DNA of 64,000 bases from Octopus bimaculoides (lineage: Eukaryota): contig NC_068984.1 of NCBI RefSeq assembly GCF_001194135.2, positions 20,008,264 through 20,072,263 of the forward strand. Reading direction: 5' to 3'. The notes below the pieces were generated by a model, which was given only the letters and a program-made list of their open reading frames with translations, made no database searches and was not told where the DNA came from. Below are positions 51,883 through 64,000 of this stretch, one piece after another. Both the position numbers and the translations under genes were made by a program. Position 1 is the first letter of the stretch; each line of letters starts with the position of its first letter.

Positions 51883-54800
51883 CATACACACACACACACA
51901 TGTGCAAACACATACACAAACATGTTCGTGCGTGCGCTGTGTCTGTATTCTTCGTAATTTTCTTTCATTACCAAATGGTGTCACAACATAATGCAGTGTT
52001 TCTCATGGGATGGAGCGTGTCTGCTGTGTGGATGGAAGACTGTGAGGACGGGAAAGGGGTCAGACAAACTGCCATGTTTAATGATGATGATGGTGGTGGT
52101 GGTGGTGGTGGTGGTGGTGGTGATGATGATGATAAATAGTAGTATCAAGAAAAGAGAGGAGACACATTTCGAAGGTTTGCAAATGAGTTAAAGGGTGACT
52201 TGCTTACCAGACGATCGACCTTTATTCTCTAAAATAGCTTGTAGACAATAAAGGATTCGCAGAGATAACGACAATAGGTTATTCATATCAGTCTTCTTTT
52301 ATTTCTTCGTGCCAGAAAAAAGAGACTTCTTCCAGTATGAGTGGCACTAAAACACAGAATAGGTGAGTTGTACGTGTTCTTACAAAGGCTGTGATTATCG
52401 ATTGAAAATGGACAGTGACGGATATAATGAAAAATAACATAGGTATTTGGATTGTTATCAAAGAATGGGAAAACAACAAATTCCATTTACAACTTTAATA
52501 ATACGAACTATGTATAACTAAATACCTTATAGAAATTATTGAACATTGACATCTTTGGATGAGTGTCCTCATCTTGGTTGTTAGGGTCACAATGTTTCGA
52601 CCATTGTACTCTCCAGTCACCTTTAGGTGTCTGTTGAACCGTTATCTTCGTATTATTTATTTCCTTACTTCTGATGTTACTTTGTCGTTCTGTTTGAAGT
52701 CAAGTATATACATTAGCAGTTTAGTTAATAAGCGTGAGTTCAGTTCCTAGATCTTTTATTTTTTTCAGTCTTAGACTACAGCCATGCTGGAACACCGCCT
52801 TGAAGAATCGACCCTAAGATTTTTTTAAAGCCTGGTCCTTATTCTATCAATATAATCGACAATTCCCCTCCTCAGAATTTTACGCCTATGTTAGAACTCA
52901 ATATTTCGAATAGTATTTCTGTTGGTAATAATTCTTTATTCAAGTTAAGCATTCTTTGCAGTCTAGCACCTTCAATTTTTTAAGATGTTTTAATTTTCTG
53001 TCTTTCAATATCTTTGACTGAGATTGTGTGTACTTATGAGTGCGTTTATGAATGTAAATGAGAATATATCTAGTGTATACGTACCTCTATAAAACTGAAA
53101 AAATAGAGAGAGTCGCCGTCATTATATTGGATAGAATAGAAAACCAAACACTTTACAACAAAGAGAAACATAAGAAAAAACAGACCTATAGTCAAACAAA
53201 TTTTACCGCTTATACGCGTGACTATTTCTTTAGGCGTGGTCCTTATAACAGCTCTTGATAGATCTTAAGTATAAAATCTCGTTGCAAAAGCAATCGTCTT
53301 TCAAGTAGGAACAATCAGAGAATATTACAATAGCTTCTTCTTTGAATACTTTCGGCTGTTAGACCACAAATTAAACAAGAACGTGAAAGCAGACGACAAC
53401 TACGAAAGCGGACAAAATACGAAAACTGACAACAATAACAATATTTCTTAGATACAAATATAATACTATTTCCTCATGTAGGCAATAGATTTTTAGGCAT
53501 TTTCCTTATTTCCTTATTTCTCTTCTTTATTTGCATTTCAGATTGAAATTAATGAAAGATATGAATAGTACGTGGGCGATATTGCAATTATTTTCTTCCA
53601 ATTTCAGTTTACTTTTCTCACTCAATATATTCTTTCTTATTGAAATTTCTTAGCAATTGTGGTGGCATTGGTTTTGTCTTAATTCATTCGGTAAATTAAC
53701 ATTAGGTTGAGCTAACCTATAATCGCAGGTGTTCCAACCATCATAACCACCACATCTTTTTCATGAGTGCGGCGTATCTAGAACTTTAGTTCCTCTCTTT
53801 TCAAAATGTTTCCCTCTTTTCAAGATGGCAAGATATAATTTGAGGAAGAATTAGCTGCTATTTCTACCATGTTAAACAATCACACAAAGACATCCTCGTT
53901 GACTCAATGCGTACTTTTTTGTTAGTTTTAGTTTGTTTTTTTAAATTTTATTATTGTCTTAATCAAAGAAGGTCGTGTAGCATGCTTCATACCTTTTCAG
54001 AGCCTCCAAGTTTGGTAAAAGGGAGGTTGAGAGGAGGTTATACCTGAGGCCAGAGACCTGAGCCGGCATCTTTTAACAGAATACACTCCACTAAAGGTAC
54101 CCAAAGACCACGTGATGGTATTAAAACGGATGCTGAATGTTCAAATACACCGAAACATGATGAAAACCACCATATTGCTGAAAAAGAAAGAAATAGTAAC
54201 ATATTTAATAGAGAATGGTCATCTTTATTTCAAATTTTATTTGGTCATCTTCCTTTGCAATTTACTTTTTGTGTCGTTTACTTTCTTTATAATGTCACGA
54301 TGACATTCTCTGATAGCTTTAACATGAAAAGATAAAGTGATAAAAGATTCATTTTACATAACGATTCAGAAATTTCTTTTGATTATACTGCTTGAGAAGA
54401 CTGTTTGTTGGCGGAGGAGTTTTATTGATTGAAGTCATACAGAGAAGCGAAAAGGGCGTGGAGAAAAGGAATAAAAATGCCGGTTCGTCAATTGGATGTT
54501 TAAATCTCCTGCAGGTGTTTCACTAAACTGCTGAACACGACGTTCAATTCTACATGGTCTCAGGCCACTTACTTGCAGTGAAAAGGTAACAGTCTATTAT
54601 TAACTGCGTACAAACCATGAGGATTTATTACTACTGGAATTGGAATTAAGCATCGGTACAATGGGATCCAAGTTATTTCTTTAGTTCTAGAGAATTCAAG
54701 GACAACGTTGATCCTTGGAATGATTTGAACCCAGAAAGAGAAAGAGAGGGAGGGAGGGAGAGATGAAGATAAACATTTACAGAAATGTAGTTATATATTT

Positions 54801-55073
54801 CTTGACTATCTCATTAGTCTTGTTATATATGGTTTCAAATTTTAGCACAAAGCCAGCAAATTTATGGGGAAGGTGAGTCGATTACACCGACCCAGGTGCT
54901 CAAATGGCCGCAGTCAAAATGTCTGAAACAAGTAAAAGGATAAAAGAATTTTTAAATTTCATTTTATTTTATTCTTTCACTTGTTTCAATCATTAGATTG
55001 GAGTTATATATATATGTATGTATATATACATACATACATACACATACGTATATGTACATACTTACATCTATAC

Positions 55074-55115
<42 letters not shown>

Positions 55116-55349
55116 NNNNNNNNNNNNNNNNNNNNNNNNNNNNNNNNNNNNNNNNNNNNNNNNNNNNNNNNNNNNNNNNNNNNNNNNNNNNNNNNNNNNN
55201 NNNNNNNNNNNNNNNNNNNNNNNNNNNNNNNNNNNNNNNNNNNNNNNNNNNNNNNNNNNNNNNNNNNNNNNNNNNNNNNNNNNNNNNNNNNNNNNNNNNN
55301 NNNNNNNNNNNNNNNNNNNNNNNNNNNNNNNNNNNNNNNNNNNNNNNNN

Positions 55350-55383
<34 letters not shown>

Positions 55384-55788
55384 TATGTGGGCACAGGACG
55401 TTACGAAACGTGTACAACAAAAAATACGAAGTACGAGTACATGGAATGTGAAACCGCCTCGGCAGGTTAGGCAATCAAATCGATACCGGTACTTATTCTA
55501 AATCTAACACTTATTCTAACGAGGACGTAAGCAAACAAAAACAGCAGCAGCAGCAACAACAACAACAGCAGTAGTAGTAGTTGTTGTTGTTGTTGTGGTG
55601 TTGGGACAGTTTCGGCGAGAGTAGGTGGTGGTGGTCGCAGTTGGATCGGTCGGTAACCGATGGCGTTACAGGCCAGCAACAACTAATATATCGTGTAAAT
55701 AGCTGGTTGTTGAAGAACAATGAATGCGGAAATTAAAACCACGACAACAAAACATCAAAGACATTCTTGCAATATGTTCACAAAAGTG

Positions 55789-55831
<43 letters not shown>

Positions 55832-57231
55832 TACACACACACATACACACACACACGCACACATACATACATACATACATACATACATACATACATACAG
55901 ACATACAGACATACATACATTCATACACACACACACATAAATATACACATACATACACACATGCATACACACACACACACACACCTAAACACACACATAC
56001 ACACACACACACCTAAACACACACATACACACGCACACGCGTACATGCATACAGACACTGAGGCAGACATACATACATTCACACACACACACACACAAAT
56101 ATACACACACGCATACACACACGCGCGCACGCACGCACACACACACACACACACACGCACACACGCACACAAAGACAGACATGCACACGAACGCATACGC
56201 ACAGAAGCAAGCACTCACATATGCACACACACACACACACGGCTGTTTCAGAAAATAGCGACTGTTTTATTAATATTTCCATTCCATCCATAAAATATAT
56301 CCTTTCGACTGAATATTACATATTTATTCATATCATTATGTGTTTAGTTTTATTCATAATTTTCACATTTCGACTGCTCTTTTTTTCTTATATCATTTCT
56401 TGTTAGTATTGTTGTTATTATTAGTATTGACTGTAATCACACTTATTCTTGATATTTTTCTTTTTTTGTTTATTTTTAATATACTCGCCAGACGCGAGTC
56501 GTATTTCTAATTTTACCTATTGTTGTTTTTCAGCCGAGCCAACCAAGATCGGGCAGATGATGAAATAAATGCATTCTATCCGTGACTAGCCTGACTTTTC
56601 GTCTATCAAGAATTACATCTAATATGGCTTCCCTTTTAAAGGTAACAGTGAAATTTGAGGGATATTTGGCTAGTATTTTTAGCTGGTTAGTGACCACAAA
56701 AAATCTCTCATTGGTTAGTATATATGTCAAATCCTCTTCCCCCTTCCTCCCTCTATCTCGCACCTTCTCCCCCCCCTCTCTCTCTCTGTTTCAACTCTCT
56801 CTACCTCCCCTCTTTCATTTATAATATTGAATGAATAAATCTTTCTGCAAAGATAAAAGTTCTTTAGGCGCGAAAATATATTCTTTTTTTTTTTGTTTCT
56901 TTTTTTATGGTTACTCATGGGTAAACACAAAAGCTAAAGTTAACTTGATATCTCGTTGAGAGAATTGCACACATCAATGCACACACACATATACGGATGC
57001 ATGCAAGCAGGTGCGCGCATGCGTGTGTGTGTGTTGTAGTTTTCGAAGAACGGAAGGACCAGAGTTCAATAAAGGACTCAATACAGGATATGTGTAAAGA
57101 ATAATCTTTGGGTTTTTTTGTTTGTTTTTTTTTTCAACTGGTGCGGCTTTACAGCTGCACGAGTGTGGCAAGTGTTTCAAACCACGATCGTATTTTTTCA
57201 AATGTCATTCTCATATTTAAGCTACTGACAT

Positions 57232-57702
57232 ATTCTTTTCTACTCTAGACACAAGATCCGAAATTTTGGGAGAGAGGCCCAGTCGATTTGATCAACCCCA
57301 GTACGTAACTGGTACTTAATTTATCGACCTCGAAATGATGAAAGGCAAAGTTGACCTCGGCGGAATTTGAACTCAGAACGTAAAGACGGACGAAATACTA
57401 AGCGTTTCACTCGGCGTGTTAACGTTTCTGCCAGCTCGCCGCCTTGTTACCGACATATTGAAACAGTTATGTCACACTATTTTAATGCATGATGAGTATA
57501 GGTTTCAAATTTTGGCTCAATGCCAGCAATTTCAAGTGAGGTTTAAGTCGATTATATCAACCGAAGTGCTCAACTGATACTTATTTTATCGACCCCGAAA
57601 GGATGAAAGGCAAAGTCAACCTCGGCGGAATTTCAACGCAGAACGTAAAAACGGACGAAATGCCGCTAAACATTTCGTGGGGTGTACTAACGATTCTACC
57701 AG
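57232..57702 (-). mobile_element. Two family C SINE copies
   Basis: 57232-57445 is full length with tail type 2; ~57500-57702 is more diverged. Confidence 0.85.
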
Positions 57703-57764
57703 ATCACTTTATACGTACATACATACATACATACATACATACATACATACATACATACATACAT

Positions 57765-58040
57765 ACATGATGGCCGTCCACTTGTGACCAAGGAAGACCG
57801 TTGCTGACCTTCAGGAACATTGTGCGCTCTAGGACTAACTTATATTTTGCATTTGCGGCTCCGTTGGTGGCTAATGAGCCCTTCTCTTGACAAGCATACA
57901 CGACTGCAAACATTGCAAACCAAGCTTTCCCCATTCACTACACCGGCAGTGTGCTTTCGAGCAGCACGCTTAAGTTCTTCATGCAGAATACGTGCTCTCT
58001 CAAAAGTGTCGACCCCCTCCTTAACCTGCTTCCCACATAA
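57765..58040 (-). mobile_element. RTE-clade LINE 3' end with a terminal zinc finger and an (ATGT)n tail
   Basis: VKEGVDTFERARILHEELKRAARK...LVCNVCSRVCLSREGLISHQRS* followed by a short 3'UTR. Confidence 0.85.
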
Positions 58041-58047
58041 ATAATGC

Positions 58048-58080
<33 letters not shown>

Positions 58081-58631
58081 TGCTTGCTTGGATTTTAAAG
58101 GAAAAAAATCGCGCATTACAAATACAATATGTAAACAGAAAACAATCTGTAAGCGAAACAGTAAAACAATGCAAGACTTTTCTCAGGTTTAAAATAAGAC
58201 ATTGTTTTCGTTATCTACATTCCAAAGATGGAGCTTTGTATCTTTGTCGGAAACCAGCTCCTTTTTCTAAGAAAGAATTTAAATGATTAAAAACAGACAT
58301 ACATATATTGTTTGTTTGTTTGTTTGTTTGTTTGGATGGATGGATGGATGGATGGATGGATGGATGGATTTGTGCGTTTGTGTTTGCGTATGTACGTATA
58401 TATTTCATGCATGTGCGTGTATGTACGTATATATTTCAAATATCGTATACATATAGAATATTGAGTCCCTACAAACGGTTAACTTTGACATCAGGCTAAA
58501 GCGAGTACGTTTTATCGAGGGGGAACATGTAAACAGACATCATCACATCCATAATGTGATGATCTTTTTAGCAGGTTGAGTGACCAGATGAAGGTTGCTA
58601 CAATTGATTTTTATTAGTTGGTAACATTGTC

Positions 58632-58733
58632 GCTTATGGCCATATCACGCTGAATGCATCGGTTCTTGTCCGATCATCGAGACTAGTGAGTACTTAGATG
58701 TGTGACCGCTTGGGAAACCTAGGTGCTGTAAGC
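58632..58733 (+). pseudogene. 5S rRNA pseudogene with an internal deletion
   Basis: GCTTATGGCCATATCACGCTGAATGCATCGGTTCTTGTCCGATCATCGA...AGTACTTAGATGTGTGACCGCTTGGGAAACCTAGGTGCTGTAAGC matches both 5S ends. About 18 nt covering box A are missing, and a T-run follows. Confidence 0.92.
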
Positions 58734-58748
58734 ATCTCACATTTTTTT

Positions 58749-58965
58749 AAGGTGGCGTGCAAGCAGAATCGTTTGCTTGCGGAGCAAAATGCTTAGCAAC
58801 ATCTCGTCTGTCTTTGGGTTCTGAGTTCAAATTCCACATAGGTCGACTTTACCTTTTATCCTTTCGGGGTCGATAAAATATGTACCAGTTGAGTATTGGG
58901 GTTGATTTAATCGACTTATTCCCTTCCCCGGAATTATTGGCCTTGTGCCAAAATTTGAAACCGTT
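58749..58965 (+). mobile_element. SINE family C, diverged copy with tail type 2
   Basis: Carries the conserved body GGTCGACTTTACCTTTTATCCTTTCGGGGTCGATAAAA. Confidence 0.8.
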
Positions 58966-59727
58966 ATTGTTGTTACTTAGTCCAAGGCTAATTCCTAATC
59001 GAATAAATCTATGCTCAAACGTCGTGGTCCTCCAGTAATTCTTTCTTTTGTTTTACAGATTTAGTGTTTCATAGAGCTGTAAGTACATAGCCTAGTGGTT
59101 AAGGTACTGGGCCCACGGTCATGGATTCATGAGTACGATTCTTAGACCGCGTGGTACGTTGAATCCTTGTGCAAGGCACTTTATTTCACGTTGCTCATGT
59201 CTATTCAGCCTTCTTCCTTCCTGTAGTTACATCTTCGATATTCTGCTGAGTCACGTTTGTGATGGTCGAGAGGATGCCGGTGTTTACTCACAACTACTTA
59301 GGCACCTGAAGCAATTAGCAAAAGCATAGTACATGCTACGAGAGCATACTTGCCTGCGAATGATGGTTTGTTTTACCCAAGGACATATCCAATATGTTGT
59401 TTCGTTTTTAACCCATTACCTACCTGTGATCTCATATGAGATCACTTAAAAATTACAAATTTCGTAATTATCTGTCAATATTTACACATATCTAACCTTT
59501 TTACTATATGTATTAGGTATATTTCTCTGATATTCAAATGAGGTTTGCTAATTTTTCACCCAATATCTCGCTTATTTCTATTTAAAATGTTATTTTGAAA
59601 TGTTATTTTGAAATGTTAGAGTGTAATTCAAGAAAGATGTGGTTATAATTTCCACACGACCGCGTGGCTCTCCAATCAATTTTTTCGGGGACTACATTGT
59701 CTCCGTTTTTAAGTATATAAGGTATGA

Positions 59728-60066
59728 GAGTATTGTAGTTCGCTTGAAGCATTGTGTATTGTTTGTAACGAATAAAAAGTTTAGAATGGTACAACAATGC
59801 ACTATAATACAAAAAATGGACTATATACCTGTTGTAATTTGGTTGTCTATAGTCCGATGATGTTTCGGAATTACAATTCCTTCTTCAGATATTCTTAAAT
59901 GTAGTCTCTGCTTTTAACATTTTATAGCAGAGACTTCATCTAAGAATATCTGAAGAAGGAATTGTAATTCCGAAATATCATCGGACTATAGATAACTAAA
60001 TTACAACAGGTATACAGTCCATTTTTTGTATTATTGTGCATTGTTGTACCATCTTAAACTTTTTAT
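59728..60066. mobile_element. Palindromic insertion with a 14-bp TSD (probable inverted Penelope pLTR)
   Basis: Inverted arms at 59771-59912 and 59926-60067. TSD TATATAAGGTATGA at 59714-59727 and 60067-60080. Each arm contains CTGAAGA A GGAATT GT AATTCC GAAA. Confidence 0.75.
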
Positions 60067-61852
60067 TATATAAGGTATGATTTCAGGGAGACTTAATTGC
60101 AATTTCTATCAAGTGAAACGACTAATTAGAGACTTTCTTCTTTAATGTAGGATCGTTTCTGAAATACGTATAACAACCGTCACTGGTTCATTATTAATGA
60201 TACTGGAATAATGAAATTAAACGGAACAATGTCAAATAAATCAGTTAGGTTGATCGATAATCGTGGAGGAGATAGGAAATTGATTGATTTTTCTCTCTCT
60301 GTCAATCCTGCAGTGATTCACATTAATAAAGCCATTATTACTGTAGTTATAACAGTAATTATTGGTATTGATCATTGGCGAGAGTAGGAATCATCGCAAA
60401 TCACCGATGGCTGTGTGGTGAAGAAGATCGCTTTGCAGCTATGTGGTTCTGGGTTTGATCCCATTGTGAAGGAAATTTCATAAAAGGAAATTATGTGGAA
60501 TCTTGCCAAGTGTGTTTGTGTGTGTGTGTTTCGCCAGTGTATATCTGCGAATCATCGGTGAGAAAATTAGGGGAAGATTGCAGTGCTCTTTTGATGAAGT
60601 TCTTTATTCTTTTATTTTTTGTGGCCATGCTGGAGCACCGCCTTTTAGTCGAAGAAATCGGCCTCTGGACTTATTCTTTGTAACCCTGGTACTTATTCTA
60701 TCGGTCTTTTTTGCCAAACCGCTAAGTTATAGGGATGTAAACACACCGAGATCGGTTATCAAGCGGTGGTGGGGGGAATTTTTTCTTTCCTAATTTTTTC
60801 ATTCATAATTTTTTCCATTCATAATTTTTTCATTCATATTTTTTATTATTACGTTTGTAGAAATAAATAATCTTATATTTTTCTATTATTCAATTGATCT
60901 TTAATCATAATTAAATAAACGTCTTTAGCTTTAAATAGTATAGCTTTAACTATTACACCGGTTATATATGTACTAATTTTATCTTCATTATTATTTTAAA
61001 CTTAAACTTCGTTCAACTTGTATTTAAAACAATGATAATTTAAAACAATGATAATTTAGGTAAGATNNNNNNNNNNNNNNNNNNNNNNNNNNNNNNNNNN
61101 NNNNNNNNNNNNNNNNNNNNNNNNNNNNNNNNNNNNNNNNNNNNNNNNNNNNNNNNNNNNNNNNNNNNNNNNNNNNNNNNNNNNNNNNNNNNNNNNNNNN
61201 NNNNNNNNNNNNNNNNNNNNNNNNNNNNNNNNNNNNNNNNNNNNNNNNNNNNNNNNNNNNNNNNNNNNNNNNNNNNNNNNNNNNNNNNNNNNNNNNNNNN
61301 NNNNNNNNNNTGTGCTTTTAATTATTAATTTTTCTATATGTGATAGTGGATTTTCATCGATGAGTTCTTGAAAATTGGTTATTTTCCCTAAAACTATATA
61401 TATTTTATATATACTTTATCTATAAGGCTCAATTTAATTTTAATTTTTTATAAATTGATTTTAATTGAGTTTTTTACTTGTAATTTTGGATTTTGTCCCT
61501 AATAATATTATTATATATATATATATAAATATATATATGCGACAGGCTTCTTTCAGTTTCCATCTACCAAATCCACTCACAAGGCTTTGCTCGGCCCGAA
61601 GCTATAGTAGACGACACTTGCCTAAGGTGCTACGCAGTGGAACAGAACCCGGACCCATGTGGTTGGGAATATAAATCTGAACGCAACTTAAACTTTTACT
61701 CTAAAACCTAATAAACCTAATATTTCGTCGAAAAAGGCCCTAGTCATAGAATGCGAAGACACAAAGAGATTCGTCTTAGTATGTCAGCAATTCGTAATCG
61801 TATGACAGAATAATGCCGTGTGTGAATGAAGTGTGGAGATAGTAAAGTTGGT

Positions 61853-62433
61853 ATCTTTTTTAAAACGGGGGCCACATTTTTCATTAACGAAACACTTTGA
61901 AACTTGGAACACTGGTAGAATGTGTCATATAAAACATCTTTTTCTCTTAGTCTTCTTAAAAAAATCCATAAGTTATTCCATGTTAAAGTTGTCGTATTTC
62001 TGTAATTTCAACCATCACTGACGTCCATTCAGCCGATATACATTAAGTGCCGACTACATAAACAAACGATTCTGAAACAATTCTATCGGTGTTAGGGTTA
62101 GGGTAAAACAGCAAATTTAAAAAGAAAAAAGAAAATAAAACGAAGAAGAAAAAAAGAAAATGAAAAAAGCAAATTTAAAATGAAAAAAGCAAATAAAACG
62201 AAGCTATGGCTTAATCAGCCAAAGGAGTAAATGTAAACAACTGAATACTTGTCAGTGATTGGTTGAAATTATCGAAATAAGACAATTTTTTACATGAAAT
62301 AAATTCGAATACAAAAATATTTTTCTGTTCTATAACACAAAATAGATAAGTATACGAAGTTTGAAAGTCTTTCCGTACCAAAAACACTACGTAAAACATT
62401 AATGAAAAATGTGGCCCCCGTTTTAAAATAGAT
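61853..62433. mobile_element. MITE with long imperfect TIRs
   Basis: TTTTAAAACGGGGGCCACATTTTTCATTAA at the left end is mirrored at 62400-62430, with patchy inverted similarity extending ~190 bp inward. Confidence 0.75.
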
Positions 62434-62539
62434 CTTAAAGTCGTATTTGGAAGAGATCTTTGTATGTTCAGATAGTAATCAACCGTGTTTGTGAAGCGCA
62501 GATAAAATGGTTGCTGATGACGAGTTTGGATTGCTTGAT

Positions 62540-62805
62540 GAGGATTACCTCTTTTCTTCATAAAGTCCTCAAGTGGCCATAGATGAGGATAGGCACGAAA
62601 ACCGAATTGAAAATAGCCAAGTTTGGGGAATTTTTTACCAACCTATTTTCTTCTGAAGGTCCAGTGCTGGAGCTGGTGCATTACTGTGCCAGCAACTGTC
62701 ATTCTAACATCCAGTTCAACACCCTGCCTTTCATCACTCGTCTATACTGTCCCGAAATACTTAAACTTCACTTATCTCAAGTATGTTTCACTAACACGCA
62801 GAGAT
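62540..62805 (-). mobile_element. RTE-1/Rex3-like LINE RT fragment
   Basis: VKFKYFGTV*TSDERQGVELDVRM...KLAIFNSVFVPILIYGH resembles FKYLG...TSDGR...IFKSVFVPILTYGHE. Confidence 0.72.
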
Positions 62806-63899
62806 CTGAGATTAAACAACGATATTTGTGTTCTTGTTTCAACTCCCTGATTTAAAGTATCTTGTCGAAGTCATATCCGCTTGAGTCACAGGACTCCACC
62901 AAACTCTCTCATGGAAATGAAATTCTGTAAACAGCAAAGCATTGCAGTATGGTTAAGATGTTTGCTTTGCAACTCCTTGGCTTCGGGTTCAGTCCCACTG
63001 CGCAGCATTTTGGGTAAGTGTCCTCTATGCTGGCTTCGGGCCGACCAATGTCTGAAAGTGAATTCTGGTGGACGGAAACGGAGTGGAAGTCCATCGAATA
63101 TGTTGTGTATGTGCGTGCGTACCTATGTTTTGTGCGTGTGTCCACCACCACCACCACTGCTTGAAAACCGGTGTTGGTCTGTTAACGTCTCCGTAACTTA
63201 GCAGTTCGATAAAAAGTTACGATAGAATAAGTACCAGACTTTAAAAAATAACAATAATAAGGGAGCGATTTATTCGACTAGCCCCTAATAACGGAAGCAA
63301 GTAAAAAGCAAAATAATTTAATTTTGTGTGTGTGTTTGTGCGCGTGTAGGTGTGCGTGAGTGGGTGGGTGCATGTCTGTTTGCGCGAAAATGTGTGTCAG
63401 TTAATAATGGTATGAATGTGTATTTGAGTACCATTGTAGGACTGAAGGAGTAATTAGTCCATCTAGAGCAGATGTGTGTGAAAATGCATATCTATGAGTA
63501 AGTGTGTATGTGTGTGTTGAGTAATTTATAAATATATTTATTTCTACACGTAGTCATGAATTAAACACGCAAACACGCACACCCACACAGTCTCACACAC
63601 ACGCACACACACATTCGATAATTAAACTTTTATATGTACAGATGCGCCTGTGTGTTTCTGTGTGTGGGTGAGTGGGTGGATGTGTTTCGTGTAGTAATTA
63701 GTCGAAATGGGACAGATGTTTCTTTTTCTGTTTCTTTTTCGTTTTCGTCTTCCTCCTCATCAACCACTTGACCGAATATTGAATTATATATGTCTATGCG
63801 TGTGTGTATACAGACGCGCACGCATGCGCGCACGCGCACTGGCACACATACAAACACCTACACACATGCATGCATATATATATATATATATATAAAATC

Positions 63900-64000
63900 C
63901 TTTGTGTGTATGTGTGTGTGCGTGCGTGCGTGTGTTTCCTCTATGCACGGCAAAACCGCTGGATCAATCTGTACCAAATTTTGCATGATGGTTTTTCATT
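63900..64000 (+). mobile_element. Possible non-autonomous Helitron/Helentron-like element start (runs off the window)
   Basis: (TG)n followed by AAAACCGCTGGATCAATCTGTACCAAATTTTGCATG, similar to DINE/HINE-type motifs. Confidence 0.35.

Noticed and set aside
52575-52625. Another hammerhead-like string (CTGGAGA...GAAAC) on the minus strand
   Set aside because: Stem II and the cleavage triplet do not fit; too degenerate to call.
62090-62104. TTAGGG-like repeats
   Set aside because: Only about two units, inside a MITE; not a telomeric array.

Overview
This is eukaryotic, AT-rich, repeat-dominated draft genome sequence with about 18 N gaps. The tRNA-derived SINE families and the extreme (TA)n/(CA)n/(GATA)n/(TACA)n microsatellite load suggest a cephalopod, probably Octopus (inference, not a database match). 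No complete protein-coding gene can be supported; most ORFs in the track are microsatellite or gap translations. The window holds dozens of SINE copies (at least 4 families), and 3' fragments of Tx1/L1, RTE and RLE-type LINEs. It also has mariner and hAT remnants and MITEs, an internally deleted Gypsy element, fold-back elements, Penelope-like short repeats with minimal hammerhead-like motifs, a 5S rRNA pseudogene and a few candidate exons. The most interesting pattern is three independent Tx1-like LINE 3' ends, each embedded in (TATC)n in the same orientation. A SINE family here shares its last 42 nt with that LINE and also moves as a TSD-flanked dimer. Coordinates were read by eye and may be off by a few bases.
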